Notes: generated by a model from the letters alone, not told the origin. A stretch of 64,000 nt of DNA from an uncultured Candidatus Saccharibacteria bacterium (GCA_964605735.1 CAZSDS010000001.1:703157-767156), one strand, 5' to 3'; shown: positions 46,700 through 57,116, counted from the first letter of the stretch. Numbers and translations are program-made.

Positions 46700-48556
46700 T
46701 TACTTGAACCGGTAGTAAAATCCTCCTTCCAGCGGAAACCCGTTCACGGCGATTTTAACCGTTGTGGTTGCCGACTGGATTGTAATTTCGTCCCCAGTCA
46801 TGGGATACGCGACACCGTCCACCAGGACGATGATTTGCATCAGGTTCCCACCCTCAACGAGTGGGCCGTGCTGTTGATATCCACGCAGGCCCATTGGTTG
46901 GCTGCACCTAACGTCAGAACCGATGACACGAGCCGCGTAGCCCGAGATCACCAGGGTCTGTCGTGTTGCTGGGATCACGCCGGTGTCGTGCCAGCGCACT
47001 TGTTCGGTTAAGGTCCCCAGATCCACGTAAGTGAGCGGAGACTTTGACGGCTGCGCCGACGCAAACACGTGTTCGGAGCGAGGTTTGTATTCCCGTTCCG
47101 TGCTGCCCATCCGCGAAGCTGCCCCCAGCTTCCTTTGGTACATGTCCAGTGAGTCGAACATATTGTACACACCAGCCACATACAGCATGATCGCAAGAAC
47201 CATGAGCGATCCGGCGGTAGCTGCCCTTTTTCTGTCGCGTGCCACCATTGCATAGACCCAAACGATGGCAATGAAAGTCAGGAGCAGGATGAGCGGGTAC
47301 TTTGGCATGTCAGACATGTTCATGATCTGGTTCCAGAAAGGCTGTCCAAAGATCAGCACTGCCAGAATCAGAGCCACTCCCATAATCTGTTCCACCAAAC
47401 CAAGCTTGTCGCCAGACGTTGCAGCCGAAGACGAGGTACTGGATTTGGTTGTTATAGTGGTTGCCGCTGAACCTGCTGTTGGATCACCCGCACCCGGCAC
47501 TGTTGGTCCAGTTGCGGCGGCGATTACAGGTGCTGGGCCCGCGATGTTTCTCCAAAACCAGATGACCGTGCCAATGAAGGCGAGGCCAAAAAGCATGAGG
47601 ATGATCCATCCAAGCGCCCAGACGAATCTGTTTTTCCAGGTCATTTCCTGCCATCCGGCCGGAACAAAGTTCCAGCTTTCTGACGAGGCAGAAGAGCTTG
47701 GATTAACAGTTCTAGCCCCCAGAATGCGGTCGCGTTTCTGAATCAGAAGGTCGAGTGCCTTCCTTTCTGATTCGGTTAATCCGCGCTGCATGTTTTTGTT
47801 TTGCAGTACAGCGATTTCGCCATACGTTTTGTTCAATTCAGTTTCAGCCTGATTTCTCAGGTTATCTTCGTGTTGGTTCGCGATTTCCCGATTCTTGTTC
47901 ACGAAGACAGCTTCTGACTGAATTTTCTGAACGTGGGCGAGATGGGGAAGCAGGCTTCCCAGAATCGCGAACAGCAGAATACCGCTGATCGCGTATCCGC
48001 TGAGCCTCATCCACTCGTTCCGGTTCAGTGTGATGATACCCCACGTAAACAGGGCCAGAATGATCATCCCAGAGAAGTACGGGCTTGGCCACTGAGGCAT
48101 TGCCGCCAGGATGAAGATGAACACCATCATGGAGGCGATGACCGCGAGAGCTGACCTGACCAGGAATTTCAGGAATACCAGGTCCTCGAAAGTGCCGGTG
48201 CCTGTGTATTCGATCATTCCCTTAGGGTGGGTAGGGAGGTGAAAGTGAATTTTGCCCCTGAGTTTGTTCAGGACAAGATCGACTCCCACTGCAAGAGCGG
48301 CGGCGTTGATGCTCCGTTCGCTCATCAAAAGCATGAGGATGATCGGCGGGTAAACAATCCCCAGCCACGGCATGATGCTGTGGCCGAAAGATCCCAGTGA
48401 ACCGATTGTCACGGTTGCGATCAGCCAGAGCAGTGAAACAAGAAGGAGGCTGAAGTACGATGCCATCAGCGCCCTCATTGCCGTTGCCGCCCAGCCGCCG
48501 ACTGTTCGGACGGCTTCATCCAGAAGCCGGAAGAAGTCCATGATCAAAGCACCCAT
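46700..48556 (-). CDS. Multi-pass membrane hypothetical protein
   Basis: 618-aa ORF with AGGAG RBS, many hydrophobic segments, a coiled coil and a low-complexity linker. Confidence 0.7.
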   Translation of the reverse strand: MGALIMDFFRLLDEAVRTVGGWAATAMRALMASYFSLLLVSLLWLIATVTIGSLGSFGHSIMPWLGIVYPPIILMLLMSERSINAAALAVGVDLVLNKLRGKIHFHLPTHPKGMIEYTGTGTFEDLVFLKFLVRSALAVIASMMVFIFILAAMPQWPSPYFSGMIILALFTWGIITLNRNEWMRLSGYAISGILLFAILGSLLPHLAHVQKIQSEAVFVNKNREIANQHEDNLRNQAETELNKTYGEIAVLQNKNMQRGLTESERKALDLLIQKRDRILGARTVNPSSSASSESWNFVPAGWQEMTWKNRFVWALGWIILMLFGLAFIGTVIWFWRNIAGPAPVIAAATGPTVPGAGDPTAGSAATTITTKSSTSSSAATSGDKLGLVEQIMGVALILAVLIFGQPFWNQIMNMSDMPKYPLILLLTFIAIVWVYAMVARDRKRAATAGSLMVLAIMLYVAGVYNMFDSLDMYQRKLGAASRMGSTEREYKPRSEHVFASAQPSKSPLTYVDLGTLTEQVRWHDTGVIPATRQTLVISGYAARVIGSDVRCSQPMGLRGYQQHGPLVEGGNLMQIIVLVDGVAYPMTGDEITIQSATTTVKIAVNGFPLEGGFYYRFK

Positions 48557-48579
48557 TGCTATCTCCTTGGTCTCAAAAA

Positions 48580-49242
48580 TTAGCGGTTGAGGAGAGCTGA
48601 CTTCAGCCGGCTCCAGAAGGTTACATGTCTGGCAGGATCCCAGTCGAAGCCAGTGTTTCTGCTTCGCCGCAGATCATCGGCAAGCTCGCGGAGAGTTGGA
48701 CTTCCTGTCTCTTCTGCCCAGCTTGTGATCAGGGCCTGGTTTTTTTCCATCCATACGGCAAAGCTTTTGCCCTTGCCGCTGGAGAAGAATCCAGTGATCT
48801 GACGATCGACCCGCTTCTTGTCCAGGTCCATGAACTTCACGTAGTTCTTCCAGTCGTCATCAGTCATGTTACTGAGTTTCGCCAGGACCTGAGCCGTCTT
48901 TTTCGGGTCGCCGCCCTTGCGGTCTCCTTCGACCTTGTATTGCGCCACCAGGATACGGAACCGGTTCTGCTGGTGGTCGTTCAGCTTACTGACCCTCTTC
49001 AGCAACGTGTGAAGATTTTCAATGCTGACGTTTTCGTCGCTGATGGCAGCGTTGAACAGCTGTTCATCAGCTACGTCGTTGGGCAGAAAGTCGTTGAAGA
49101 TGCTTTTGACCTTGTCCTTTACTTCAGGTCGGTTTACCAGCATCTTGAACATGCTTGCCAAGCCGCTTGTGAAGCTTTCTTCGGCGATAGCTTCACCGCC
49201 TCGCTTGGTCAAACCCCAAATCGTCTTCCAAAAGCTAGCCAT
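48580..49242 (-). CDS. Hypothetical protein
   Basis: AAGGAG RBS before ATG (MASFWK), with TTGACA-17bp-TATTAT promoter upstream. Confidence 0.65.
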   Translation of the reverse strand: MASFWKTIWGLTKRGGEAIAEESFTSGLASMFKMLVNRPEVKDKVKSIFNDFLPNDVADEQLFNAAISDENVSIENLHTLLKRVSKLNDHQQNRFRILVAQYKVEGDRKGGDPKKTAQVLAKLSNMTDDDWKNYVKFMDLDKKRVDRQITGFFSSGKGKSFAVWMEKNQALITSWAEETGSPTLRELADDLRRSRNTGFDWDPARHVTFWSRLKSALLNR

Positions 49243-49456
49243 TCGCACGCTCCTTTTTATCTTTGATTTTTCCCAAATTGTGAAACTGCAATCCGTTCGC
49301 CTAGAAAATTCCAGTCTGAAACAGTAAATAATAGCAGAAATTGACGATTTTGTCAAGAATACACAGTAAATAGCACAAATATCCGGTTAATTTAGGTTTA
49401 TGCTGGCGTTTTCATTAAATGTGGGCTTTGGTATAATTACGAGGCTTTAAGAAAAG

Positions 49457-49543
49457 GCCGGGGTGGTGAAATTGGCAGACACGCAAGGTTTAGGACCTTG
49501 TACCCGAAAGGGTGTGGAGGTTCAAGTCCTCTCCCCGGCACCA
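49457..49543 (+). tRNA. tRNA-Leu(TAG)
   Basis: Cloverleaf with long variable arm, loop TTTAGGA, CCA. Confidence 0.95.
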
Positions 49544-49705
49544 AGAGCATAATAATATGTTATATTGCGGGGACTTGAACGGGCAGAAGTGAGGCAAGTT
49601 CGTAAGGAACGCAGCCAAACGATCGACAAACGTCCAGTGGACGTTTGGCGCTGCCCTGTAAAGAGCGCCAGCAGGCGACTGAAAGTCCTCTCCCCGGCAC
49701 CAAGA
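49524..49705 (+). repeat. 23-bp direct repeat of the tRNA-Leu 3' end flanking a ~136-bp insert
   Basis: aagtcctctccccggcaccaaga at 49524-49546 and 49683-49705. Confidence 0.85.
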
Positions 49706-49809
49706 AGGCGCAATAAGCACTTTGGTTTCCAATTGACAGCGTAAATGCTGTTCTCTAAAATTTTAGGACAACTTAATCAATTTAACCAACATTTTAACCA
49801 CCAAATATA

Positions 49810-51708
49810 ATGAATAGATTTGTAAGAAACATTTTGATTGTACTGGCAATTTTTGTGATAGTGGCTGCGGTGTTCAGTTTTGTAAATACTGACGACGCAA
49901 ATGTCGAACGCGTGACCATATCAGAAGTTGCTGAGCAGGCAAAGGCCGGGCAAATTGATCGTGTTGAAGTTGAAGAAGACCGCGTCTATGTATTTTTGAA
50001 AGACGGTACCCAGCAAACAGCAAATAAAGAAAGACAGGAATCGTTCCTCACGGTTTTGGAAACATATGGAGTGACGCAGGAACAGCTTTCAAGTTTCCGA
50101 GTGGACGTGCTTGACTCGTCAGGTTCATCCTTCCTGCTTTCTACGATCCTGCCTTTTGTGATACCATTCCTCTTCATCGCCGCATTCATATGGTTTTTAA
50201 TGCGACAAGTGCAAGGCTCAAACAACCGGGCAATGTCTTTTGGACAGTCCAATGCCAAAGTCATGGAGCAATCCGACCGCCGCAAGCGCGTAACATTTAA
50301 TGACGTCGCGGGCGTGAAGGAAGCCAAAGAAGAGCTGAAAGAAATAGTTGAGTTCTTAAAGTACCCGCAAAAATTCTTTAACCTTGGGGCGCGAATCCCC
50401 AAAGGTGTTTTGTTGCTTGGTCCTCCAGGCGTTGGGAAAACAATTATTGCCCGTGCCGTGGCAGGGGAGGCTAATGTCCCGTTCTTCCACATCTCAGGCT
50501 CTGAGTTCGTGGAAATGTTCGTTGGGGTTGGTGCTTCCCGTGTTCGTGATTTGTTCAAGAAGGCCAAGCGCAATGCTCCGTGTATCATTTTCGTGGATGA
50601 AATTGACGCAGTTGGAAGACAGCGAGGTGCCGGTCTTGGCGGCTCTCATGACGAACGCGAACAAACTTTGAACCAAATTCTCGTAGAGATGGATGGGTTT
50701 GACAACGAGACCAATGTCATTGTTATTGCCGCCACAAACCGTCCGGACGTTTTGGATCCAGCTTTAATGCGCCCTGGCCGATTCGACAGACAAGTCATTT
50801 TGGACCTGCCGGACATTTCTGACCGCGAGGCTATTTTGAAAGTCCATGCCAAAAACAAGCCTTTGTCCCAAAACGTTGATTTGCGCGCTCTGGCTGAAAG
50901 AACCCCAGGCTTCTCCGGTGCGGATCTCGCCAACTTGATGAACGAAGGAGCAATTCTGGCTGCACGCAAAAACAACAAGGAAATCGGGCAAATTGACCTG
51001 TTTGAAGCAATTGAGAAAGTAATGATCGGCCCTGAAAGGAAAAGCCATGTGCTGTCAAAGCGAGAAAAGGAAATCGCTGCCTGGCACGAGGCTGGGCACG
51101 CTCTGGTTGCCACAGTTCTGCCGCACGCAGATCCGGTGCACAAGGTTTCCATTGTTTCGCGCGGGCGGGCTGCAGGTTACACCATGAAAATCCCGACCGA
51201 AGACAAGAACCTGCACTCCAAATCAGAATTCCTGGCAGACCTGGCAGTGTCATTGGCTGGGCAGGCCACGGAAAAAATGATTTTTAACGAAATCACCACC
51301 GGCGCTTCAAACGACTTGAAAGTCGCCACCAACCTTGCCCGCAAACTAGTCACCACCTACGGCATGTCTGATCTGGGCCCTATGACCTTTGGCGACCAGC
51401 ACGAAATGATTTTCCTCGGCCGCGAAATTTCCGAACAGAAAAATTATTCGGAAAAAGTTGCTGCCCGCATTGACGAAGAAGTGGCTGGGTTCATTGACCG
51501 CGCCTACCAGACCGCAACTGATATTTTGATCAAGTACCACAATTACCTCAAAGCAATCGCTGACAAATTAATGGAAGTTGAAACTTTAGAGCGGGAAGAG
51601 TATGAGGCAATCGTCAAAGACATTATTCCGCAGGAAAAACTCTACAAGAGGTCGTCCAGCGAAATGGTCACGCCTCCAACACCTGAGTTCGGCTCCCAAA
51701 CTGCTTAA
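49810..51708 (+). CDS. ftsH: ATP-dependent zinc metalloprotease FtsH
   Basis: Two TMs, [30 protein letters not shown]. Confidence 0.97.
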   Translation: MNRFVRNILIVLAIFVIVAAVFSFVNTDDANVERVTISEVAEQAKAGQIDRVEVEEDRVYVFLKDGTQQTANKERQESFLTVLETYGVTQEQLSSFRVDVLDSSGSSFLLSTILPFVIPFLFIAAFIWFLMRQVQGSNNRAMSFGQSNAKVMEQSDRRKRVTFNDVAGVKEAKEELKEIVEFLKYPQKFFNLGARIPKGVLLLGPPGVGKTIIARAVAGEANVPFFHISGSEFVEMFVGVGASRVRDLFKKAKRNAPCIIFVDEIDAVGRQRGAGLGGSHDEREQTLNQILVEMDGFDNETNVIVIAATNRPDVLDPALMRPGRFDRQVILDLPDISDREAILKVHAKNKPLSQNVDLRALAERTPGFSGADLANLMNEGAILAARKNNKEIGQIDLFEAIEKVMIGPERKSHVLSKREKEIAAWHEAGHALVATVLPHADPVHKVSIVSRGRAAGYTMKIPTEDKNLHSKSEFLADLAVSLAGQATEKMIFNEITTGASNDLKVATNLARKLVTTYGMSDLGPMTFGDQHEMIFLGREISEQKNYSEKVAARIDEEVAGFIDRAYQTATDILIKYHNYLKAIADKLMEVETLEREEYEAIVKDIIPQEKLYKRSSSEMVTPPTPEFGSQTA

Positions 51709-51713
51709 AACAC

Positions 51714-52652
51714 ATGGAGGGAAACTTCCTCAAAATACTAAAACAGGCCTTTCAACTGACAAAAGGATATAAATTCTTTTGGCTGTTGGGTCTGTTTTTG
51801 GTTTGGTTTAATTTTTTCCGGGCCTTGTTATTGTTGTTCGGCATGAGAAGCGGGATGGATTGGATGCCTTTGGAAGGGAATATTGGCGCTGGGCCGATCA
51901 ATGAGACTGCCGGCAATGGTTGGATCGGTGTAGTCTCTTTGGTATTCATAACACTTGCCGTGATTTTTTATTTCCGAAGCAAGGGTGCGCTGATTTCCGC
52001 AGTCAGCCAGCTTAGGGACAAAAAATCCCTGGACAAGAAACTTGTTTACAGCGAGTCAGAACCCCATACAATTAAACTGATGAAAGTGGGTTTCGGGCTG
52101 ATGGCGGCAATGTTGCTGGTCGGCGCGCTGTTAGCCAGTCCTGTGGTTTACCTGACCGCAAACAATTATTCCAGCCGCGCATTTTCGCTTGGGTTGATGG
52201 CCACCATTATTTACTTGCCAATTTTTTGCATCCTTTATTATCTGGCGGTTTTGACGCCCATGTTTATTGTCCTGCAAAGGATGAGTATAGGCGGGGCACT
52301 CAAAGCCGGGTTTGATCTGATAAGAAAGTATTGGCCGATGCTGATTGCCTTCAGTGCAATACTGCTGTTGGTGGAGCTGGTTTTGGTCATAGTCTCACTT
52401 GGCCTCATGGTTGCCGCAACCTTGCCATTTGTCCTTTTATATAATGTATTTTATGATATGGGAGGCCAGACAGCGGCAAATATTTTGCAGGGACTGGCAA
52501 TTTTAGCTGGTTTTATGGTATTCTTTATCTCCATGGGTTTGGTGGCTGGATTTCAGCGCATCGCATGGACAATAGCATTCTTTGAAATAATCAAACCGGT
52601 GAAAATCGAAGAAGCCGCTACGGCGGAGACTTTGCCGGAAGTAATCACCTGA
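51714..52652 (+). CDS. Multi-pass membrane hypothetical protein
   Basis: About six hydrophobic segments. Confidence 0.7.
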   Translation: MEGNFLKILKQAFQLTKGYKFFWLLGLFLVWFNFFRALLLLFGMRSGMDWMPLEGNIGAGPINETAGNGWIGVVSLVFITLAVIFYFRSKGALISAVSQLRDKKSLDKKLVYSESEPHTIKLMKVGFGLMAAMLLVGALLASPVVYLTANNYSSRAFSLGLMATIIYLPIFCILYYLAVLTPMFIVLQRMSIGGALKAGFDLIRKYWPMLIAFSAILLLVELVLVIVSLGLMVAATLPFVLLYNVFYDMGGQTAANILQGLAILAGFMVFFISMGLVAGFQRIAWTIAFFEIIKPVKIEEAATAETLPEVIT

Positions 52653-52657
52653 ATCGC

Positions 52658-52732
52658 GGACGGTTAGCTCAGTGGTAGAGCATCTCTTTGACGTAGAGAG
52701 GGTCATAGGTTCAAATCCTATACCGTCCACCA
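52658..52732 (+). tRNA. tRNA-Val(GAC)
   Basis: Cloverleaf, loop TTGACGT, CCA. Confidence 0.95.
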
Positions 52733-52824
52733 GAGGAATTAAGGAAAATAATCATTAACGATTTCAGATCTCAAACTCCAACTAGTTTGGTGCTTGTGAT
52801 TTGGAATTCTTGGGGGACAACCCA

Positions 52825-53517
52825 ATGGCTGATTTAAACCAGCTTGAAGAAGAAATAAACATAAAATTCAACGACCGGAATTTGCTGCAAAGCGCCCTGA
52901 CTCACCGTTCTTACCTAAATGAAAACCGTTCCTGGCCGCTGCCACATAACGAGCGCCTCGAATTTTTGGGAGACGCGGTTTTGGAATTGATAACCACTGA
53001 GTATCTGTACCGCAATTTTCCGAACCCGGAAGGTGAGCTGACCAACCTGCGCTCAGCTTTGGTTAACTATAAGATGCTTTCCGAAATCGCCGCTGGAATC
53101 AGGCTGGACAAATACATAATGCTTTCCAAAGGCGAGGCTAAGGATTTGGGGCGTGCCCGGCAGGTTATTTTGGCGAACGCCATGGAAGCGCTTATTGGCG
53201 CAATTTATCTTGATCAGGGATTTGCAAAGTCTGAAGAATTCGTGCACAGGTTTGTAATTAACCAGCTCGCGGCGATTGTTTCCGGCGGGAAGGTCTTGGA
53301 CCCAAAGAGCAAGTTTCAGGAATTGACCCAGGAGAAAATGGGAGTTACTCCGCATTACAAAGTGCTGGCAGAGTGGGGGCCTGATCATAACAAGCAGTTT
53401 GAAGTTGGGGTTTTTGTGCAGGATAAACAGATTGCCAAAGGCCAGGGTAGTTCAAAGCAAGAGGCTGAAATATCAGCGGCGGCCAATGGACTCAAAGTCT
53501 GGTCCGATCAAATTTAG
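52825..53517 (+). CDS. rnc: Ribonuclease III
   Basis: ALTHRSY, NERLEFLGDAVL, EALIGAIYLD, dsRBD. Confidence 0.97.
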   Translation: MADLNQLEEEINIKFNDRNLLQSALTHRSYLNENRSWPLPHNERLEFLGDAVLELITTEYLYRNFPNPEGELTNLRSALVNYKMLSEIAAGIRLDKYIMLSKGEAKDLGRARQVILANAMEALIGAIYLDQGFAKSEEFVHRFVINQLAAIVSGGKVLDPKSKFQELTQEKMGVTPHYKVLAEWGPDHNKQFEVGVFVQDKQIAKGQGSSKQEAEISAAANGLKVWSDQI

Positions 53518-53520
53518 TGC

Positions 53521-53666
53521 GGCTTAGCCTGCGCATTTTCCTGCTGTCGGGGCACGCAGTGGAACTTCTACAATTTACATTCCTTTAAAGTTGTTCGCTG
53601 CTTCAGGCTCGGCACTGATGTGCCTGCGCCGAATCCCCGCCATCAGAAAAATGCTTCAGCATCGCC
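53521..53666 (-). repeat. Rod-shaped intergenic repeat, copy C (inverted)
   Basis: Reverse complement matches copies A and B. Confidence 0.9.
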
Positions 53667-53703
53667 GCAATATTAGCTAGCTTGAGTAATAAAATACCCA
53701 CTA

Positions 53704-56262
53704 ATGTATTTAAAACGACTAGAAATTCAGGGGTTCAAATCATTCGCACACAAAACGGTTCTTGAATTTGAGCCTGGTTTGACTGCGGTTGTCGGGCCAA
53801 ACGGTTCCGGCAAATCCAACGTAGCTGACGCTTTGCGCTGGGTCATGGGTGAGCAATCCATGAAGCTTTTGCGCGGAAAAAAATCCGAGGATGTGATTTT
53901 TGCTGGCTCTGACAAGAAAGCCAAACTTTCAATGGCTGATGTAACTCTGACTTTCGACAACAAAGACCGCAAACTTCCTTACGAGTACTCAGAGGTGGCA
54001 TTAACCAGGCGATATTTCCGCAACGGCGAATCCGAATACCTCATCAACAACCAGAAGGTCCGCTTGCTGGACGTGGTTGATGCCTTACTGCGCTCAGGAT
54101 TTGGAGCTTCAAATTACGCAGTCATTGGCCAGGGCACAATTGACCAAATGGTTTTGGCGGGACCGGCTGAAATCAAAAGCCTTGTCGAAGAGGCGGCTGG
54201 GGTCAAGCCATACTACATAAAGCGCGAAAAAACCTGGCGCAAGCTTGAACAGACAGAAGAGAATCTTCAGCGTGTTTCTGAATTGACCGCGGAAATCGAG
54301 CCTCGCTTGAGATCCTTGCGCAGACAGGCCAAACGCATGGAAGAGCGTGAAGTGGTTGCCAATGAGCTGACCGCTTTGCACCTTGAGTATTATGGCAACC
54401 AGTATTACCTTCTGGAAACCAATTTGAACGCGCTGAAAACACAGCTTGAATTGAAGGACAAGTCCATTCAAACAATGGAAGCGCAGATTAATGAATTCCA
54501 GGGCAATTTGGAAAAAGAAGAAAAACAGACAAAGACCAATTTAAGCTTTACGGAAGAGCTTGAGAAGAAGATCAGTTTCTTGGAAGCAAAAAGATATAAA
54601 GTCCAGGAAGAGCTTGCGGAAATTCGCGGCAAATTGAAAGCCCAGGTCGTGCCCGGCAAGACAGATGCGGAATCCCTGAACGTTGAAAAACTTGATTATG
54701 AGCGCCAGCTGGATGTAATGAACCAGAAGTTGAAGGAATTGGATGGGCAACTGCTCGGTGAACAAAAACAGTTTACTGATCTGAAGCATTCCGTGGATAA
54801 TTTCAACAAGAAAATTGAGGAAGCCAAGAACAGCAAGGTTGACCCAGACCAGCTTAGGCGAACCCTTGAGCAATTTGAAAATGAATTCACCCACACATTA
54901 GAGATTCTGGATTCTGAGAACTTTGCGGAGATTAGGCAAAAGTTAAGGCAATTGGTCAGTAAACTGGCTGAAACAAGAAGAAACATCACGCTGGCTGGCC
55001 CGGCCGATTTAAGCGGTTTGCTTATCTCAAAAGAAGAGACTCAGACGCGTTTACATAAACTTGAGCTTAATATTGTTGAACACAACACGCTTCGTCAGAC
55101 ATACCTGGATACAATTGAAAGCTATAACTCCAAGCTTAATCAGATCAAGAGTTTGATGAATGATGATCCGGAAAAATTCAAGTCAGAATTGTTCACCCAG
55201 GAAGAGAAACTGAATGCTTCTTTGAATGAGCTGGTCAGCCAAATAACGGATTTGCGCGAAAACCTGAACAAAGTCAGCCAGCAGGAAAAGGAGAAGAAAA
55301 CCTTCCTCATGGAAGAGGAAAAGAAATTCCGCCAGATCAGTTCAGATTTGTCTCGGCTCAAAGATGAGCACAACCAAGTTTTGGTGGACAAGGCGCGTCT
55401 GGAAACAAGGCTTGAATCTTTGAACAAGGAATCAGAGGCCGCCTTGGGGACCAGAACAGCGGAATTGCCTCAGCATAAAAAACCGGAAGTGCCGGCTGAT
55501 CTGATCAATAAAATAGACAAGCTGAAAAGACAGCTTGAATTGTCCGGTGGTATTGACGAAACTACTTTACAGGAGTATCGGGAAACAGAAGAACGCTACA
55601 ATTACCTGACTCAGCAGTCTGAGGATTTGACCAAGGCAGTTGCTGACCTCAAAACCGTCATTGAAGAATTGGATCAGATCATCAAGACTCAATTCAATGA
55701 AGCCTACAATAAAATTTCAGAAAAATTTGCGGAGTATTTCAGAATTTTGTTCAATGGCGGGCGCGCGCAAATGTCTTTGCAAAGATCAGTTGTGAAGCCG
55801 GAAGAGGGGGATGATGGTCTTGAAGAAACTGAACCTGGTGAAGGTGTTGCAGTTCCAGCCGGAGTGGACGGGGTTCGAGCAAAGAAGCCGCAAACAGAAA
55901 TTTCAGGCATTGAGATTAAGGCCACGCCGCCTGGCAAAAAACTGGCGACAATTGCGGCTTTGTCCGGCGGTGAGCGCGCTTTGACCGCTATTGCATTGCT
56001 CTGTGCGATGTTGGCATCTTACCCTTCACCATTTGTGGTTTTGGACGAAGTCGATGCTGCGCTTGATGAAGCCAATTCCATCCGCTTTGCCAAAATTCTG
56101 GGCACGCTGGCTCACCAGACGCAGTTCATCACCATTACTCACAACAGGGAAACCATGCGCCAGGCTCACACTCTGTATGGCGTGACCATGACTGATGAAG
56201 GCATTTCAAAAATCTTGTCATTGAAACTTGAGCAGGCTGAAAAAGTTGCACCACAACAGTAA
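53704..56262 (+). CDS. smc: Chromosome segregation SMC protein (short form)
   Basis: GFKSF, GPNGSGKSN, LSGGERALTA, LDEVDAALD, ITHN, located after rnc. Confidence 0.9.
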   Translation: MYLKRLEIQGFKSFAHKTVLEFEPGLTAVVGPNGSGKSNVADALRWVMGEQSMKLLRGKKSEDVIFAGSDKKAKLSMADVTLTFDNKDRKLPYEYSEVALTRRYFRNGESEYLINNQKVRLLDVVDALLRSGFGASNYAVIGQGTIDQMVLAGPAEIKSLVEEAAGVKPYYIKREKTWRKLEQTEENLQRVSELTAEIEPRLRSLRRQAKRMEEREVVANELTALHLEYYGNQYYLLETNLNALKTQLELKDKSIQTMEAQINEFQGNLEKEEKQTKTNLSFTEELEKKISFLEAKRYKVQEELAEIRGKLKAQVVPGKTDAESLNVEKLDYERQLDVMNQKLKELDGQLLGEQKQFTDLKHSVDNFNKKIEEAKNSKVDPDQLRRTLEQFENEFTHTLEILDSENFAEIRQKLRQLVSKLAETRRNITLAGPADLSGLLISKEETQTRLHKLELNIVEHNTLRQTYLDTIESYNSKLNQIKSLMNDDPEKFKSELFTQEEKLNASLNELVSQITDLRENLNKVSQQEKEKKTFLMEEEKKFRQISSDLSRLKDEHNQVLVDKARLETRLESLNKESEAALGTRTAELPQHKKPEVPADLINKIDKLKRQLELSGGIDETTLQEYRETEERYNYLTQQSEDLTKAVADLKTVIEELDQIIKTQFNEAYNKISEKFAEYFRILFNGGRAQMSLQRSVVKPEEGDDGLEETEPGEGVAVPAGVDGVRAKKPQTEISGIEIKATPPGKKLATIAALSGGERALTAIALLCAMLASYPSPFVVLDEVDAALDEANSIRFAKILGTLAHQTQFITITHNRETMRQAHTLYGVTMTDEGISKILSLKLEQAEKVAPQQ

Positions 56263-56338
56263 GCGATATTTCATTAACCGCCGATAGATCCGGCGGTTTT
56301 AAATTCGGAAAAATAAAAAGACTCTTCTGTGGGAAGAG

Positions 56339-56869
56339 TCACATTCTGCCGGACAGCCAGTCAATGAGCCGCTGGCGTTTGAAGTAGGCAGCTGCCAGGA
56401 TACACACGGCGGTTGTTGGCCAGATCCATTCGTCACTTGCTGATGCATCCTGGGCATAGTGCATGAGAATTAGGGTGATGACCACCAGGTACAGCAAGGG
56501 AAGGACTATGTTGCTGAAGCGTTTGAGTCTAGGAAAGGAATCCTCGTGCTTGAGCCATTTCATCAAGAGTGCGGCTAAGCCCAGTGCAATTCCAGTTGGT
56601 ACGGCAGACCAGAACCCGGTTGGGCCCAAGCTTAAGCCAAATCCTGCGCCAGCCGTCATGATTGCGTCGCTTGCAGGGTCAATGAATTTTTTTCCTGTGG
56701 CGCTTTCTGCTTTCAGTTTCCTGGCAACCGTTCCGTCAATCATATCCGTGAATACTGCCAGTGCCAGAAACGCAAACGCGAGCGGGCCGTTGCCTGTCCA
56801 CCTAAAATAAACAGCCAACGCCGTTAAAGGTATCCGGGATAAAGACAGCAGGTCAGGTACCCTTTGCAT
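56339..56869 (-). CDS. CDP-alcohol phosphatidyltransferase family protein
   Basis: PDLLSLSR, DMIDGTVAR..G..IDPASD. Confidence 0.88.
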   Translation of the reverse strand: MQRVPDLLSLSRIPLTALAVYFRWTGNGPLAFAFLALAVFTDMIDGTVARKLKAESATGKKFIDPASDAIMTAGAGFGLSLGPTGFWSAVPTGIALGLAALLMKWLKHEDSFPRLKRFSNIVLPLLYLVVITLILMHYAQDASASDEWIWPTTAVCILAAAYFKRQRLIDWLSGRM

Positions 56870-57116
56870 GTATTCCTCCTTGTCGTCTCAATAAGATACT
56901 TTGGAGGGGGTAATATGTCAACAACCGGACTTAAACACGCCTGTTGACGCTGACCCTTATTTCTGTTATTATTTGCAGGCATTAGTGGCATAAAACCACG
57001 GCAATTATTATTAATTTCATTATTGTCCGAACGGACCTTCCTGGTCCGAAAGGGCATATAAGGCACCAGCCTTATATATTCAATAGTGATTACCGCTTAA
57101 GCGGGAATGAAATAAC

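Noticed and set aside
46679-46710. att-like copy of the tRNA-Leu T-loop (gttcaagtcc) marking an island boundary
   Set aside because: Only 10 bp, and explained as one arm of a local hairpin overlapping the stop codon of the 46700-48556 gene.
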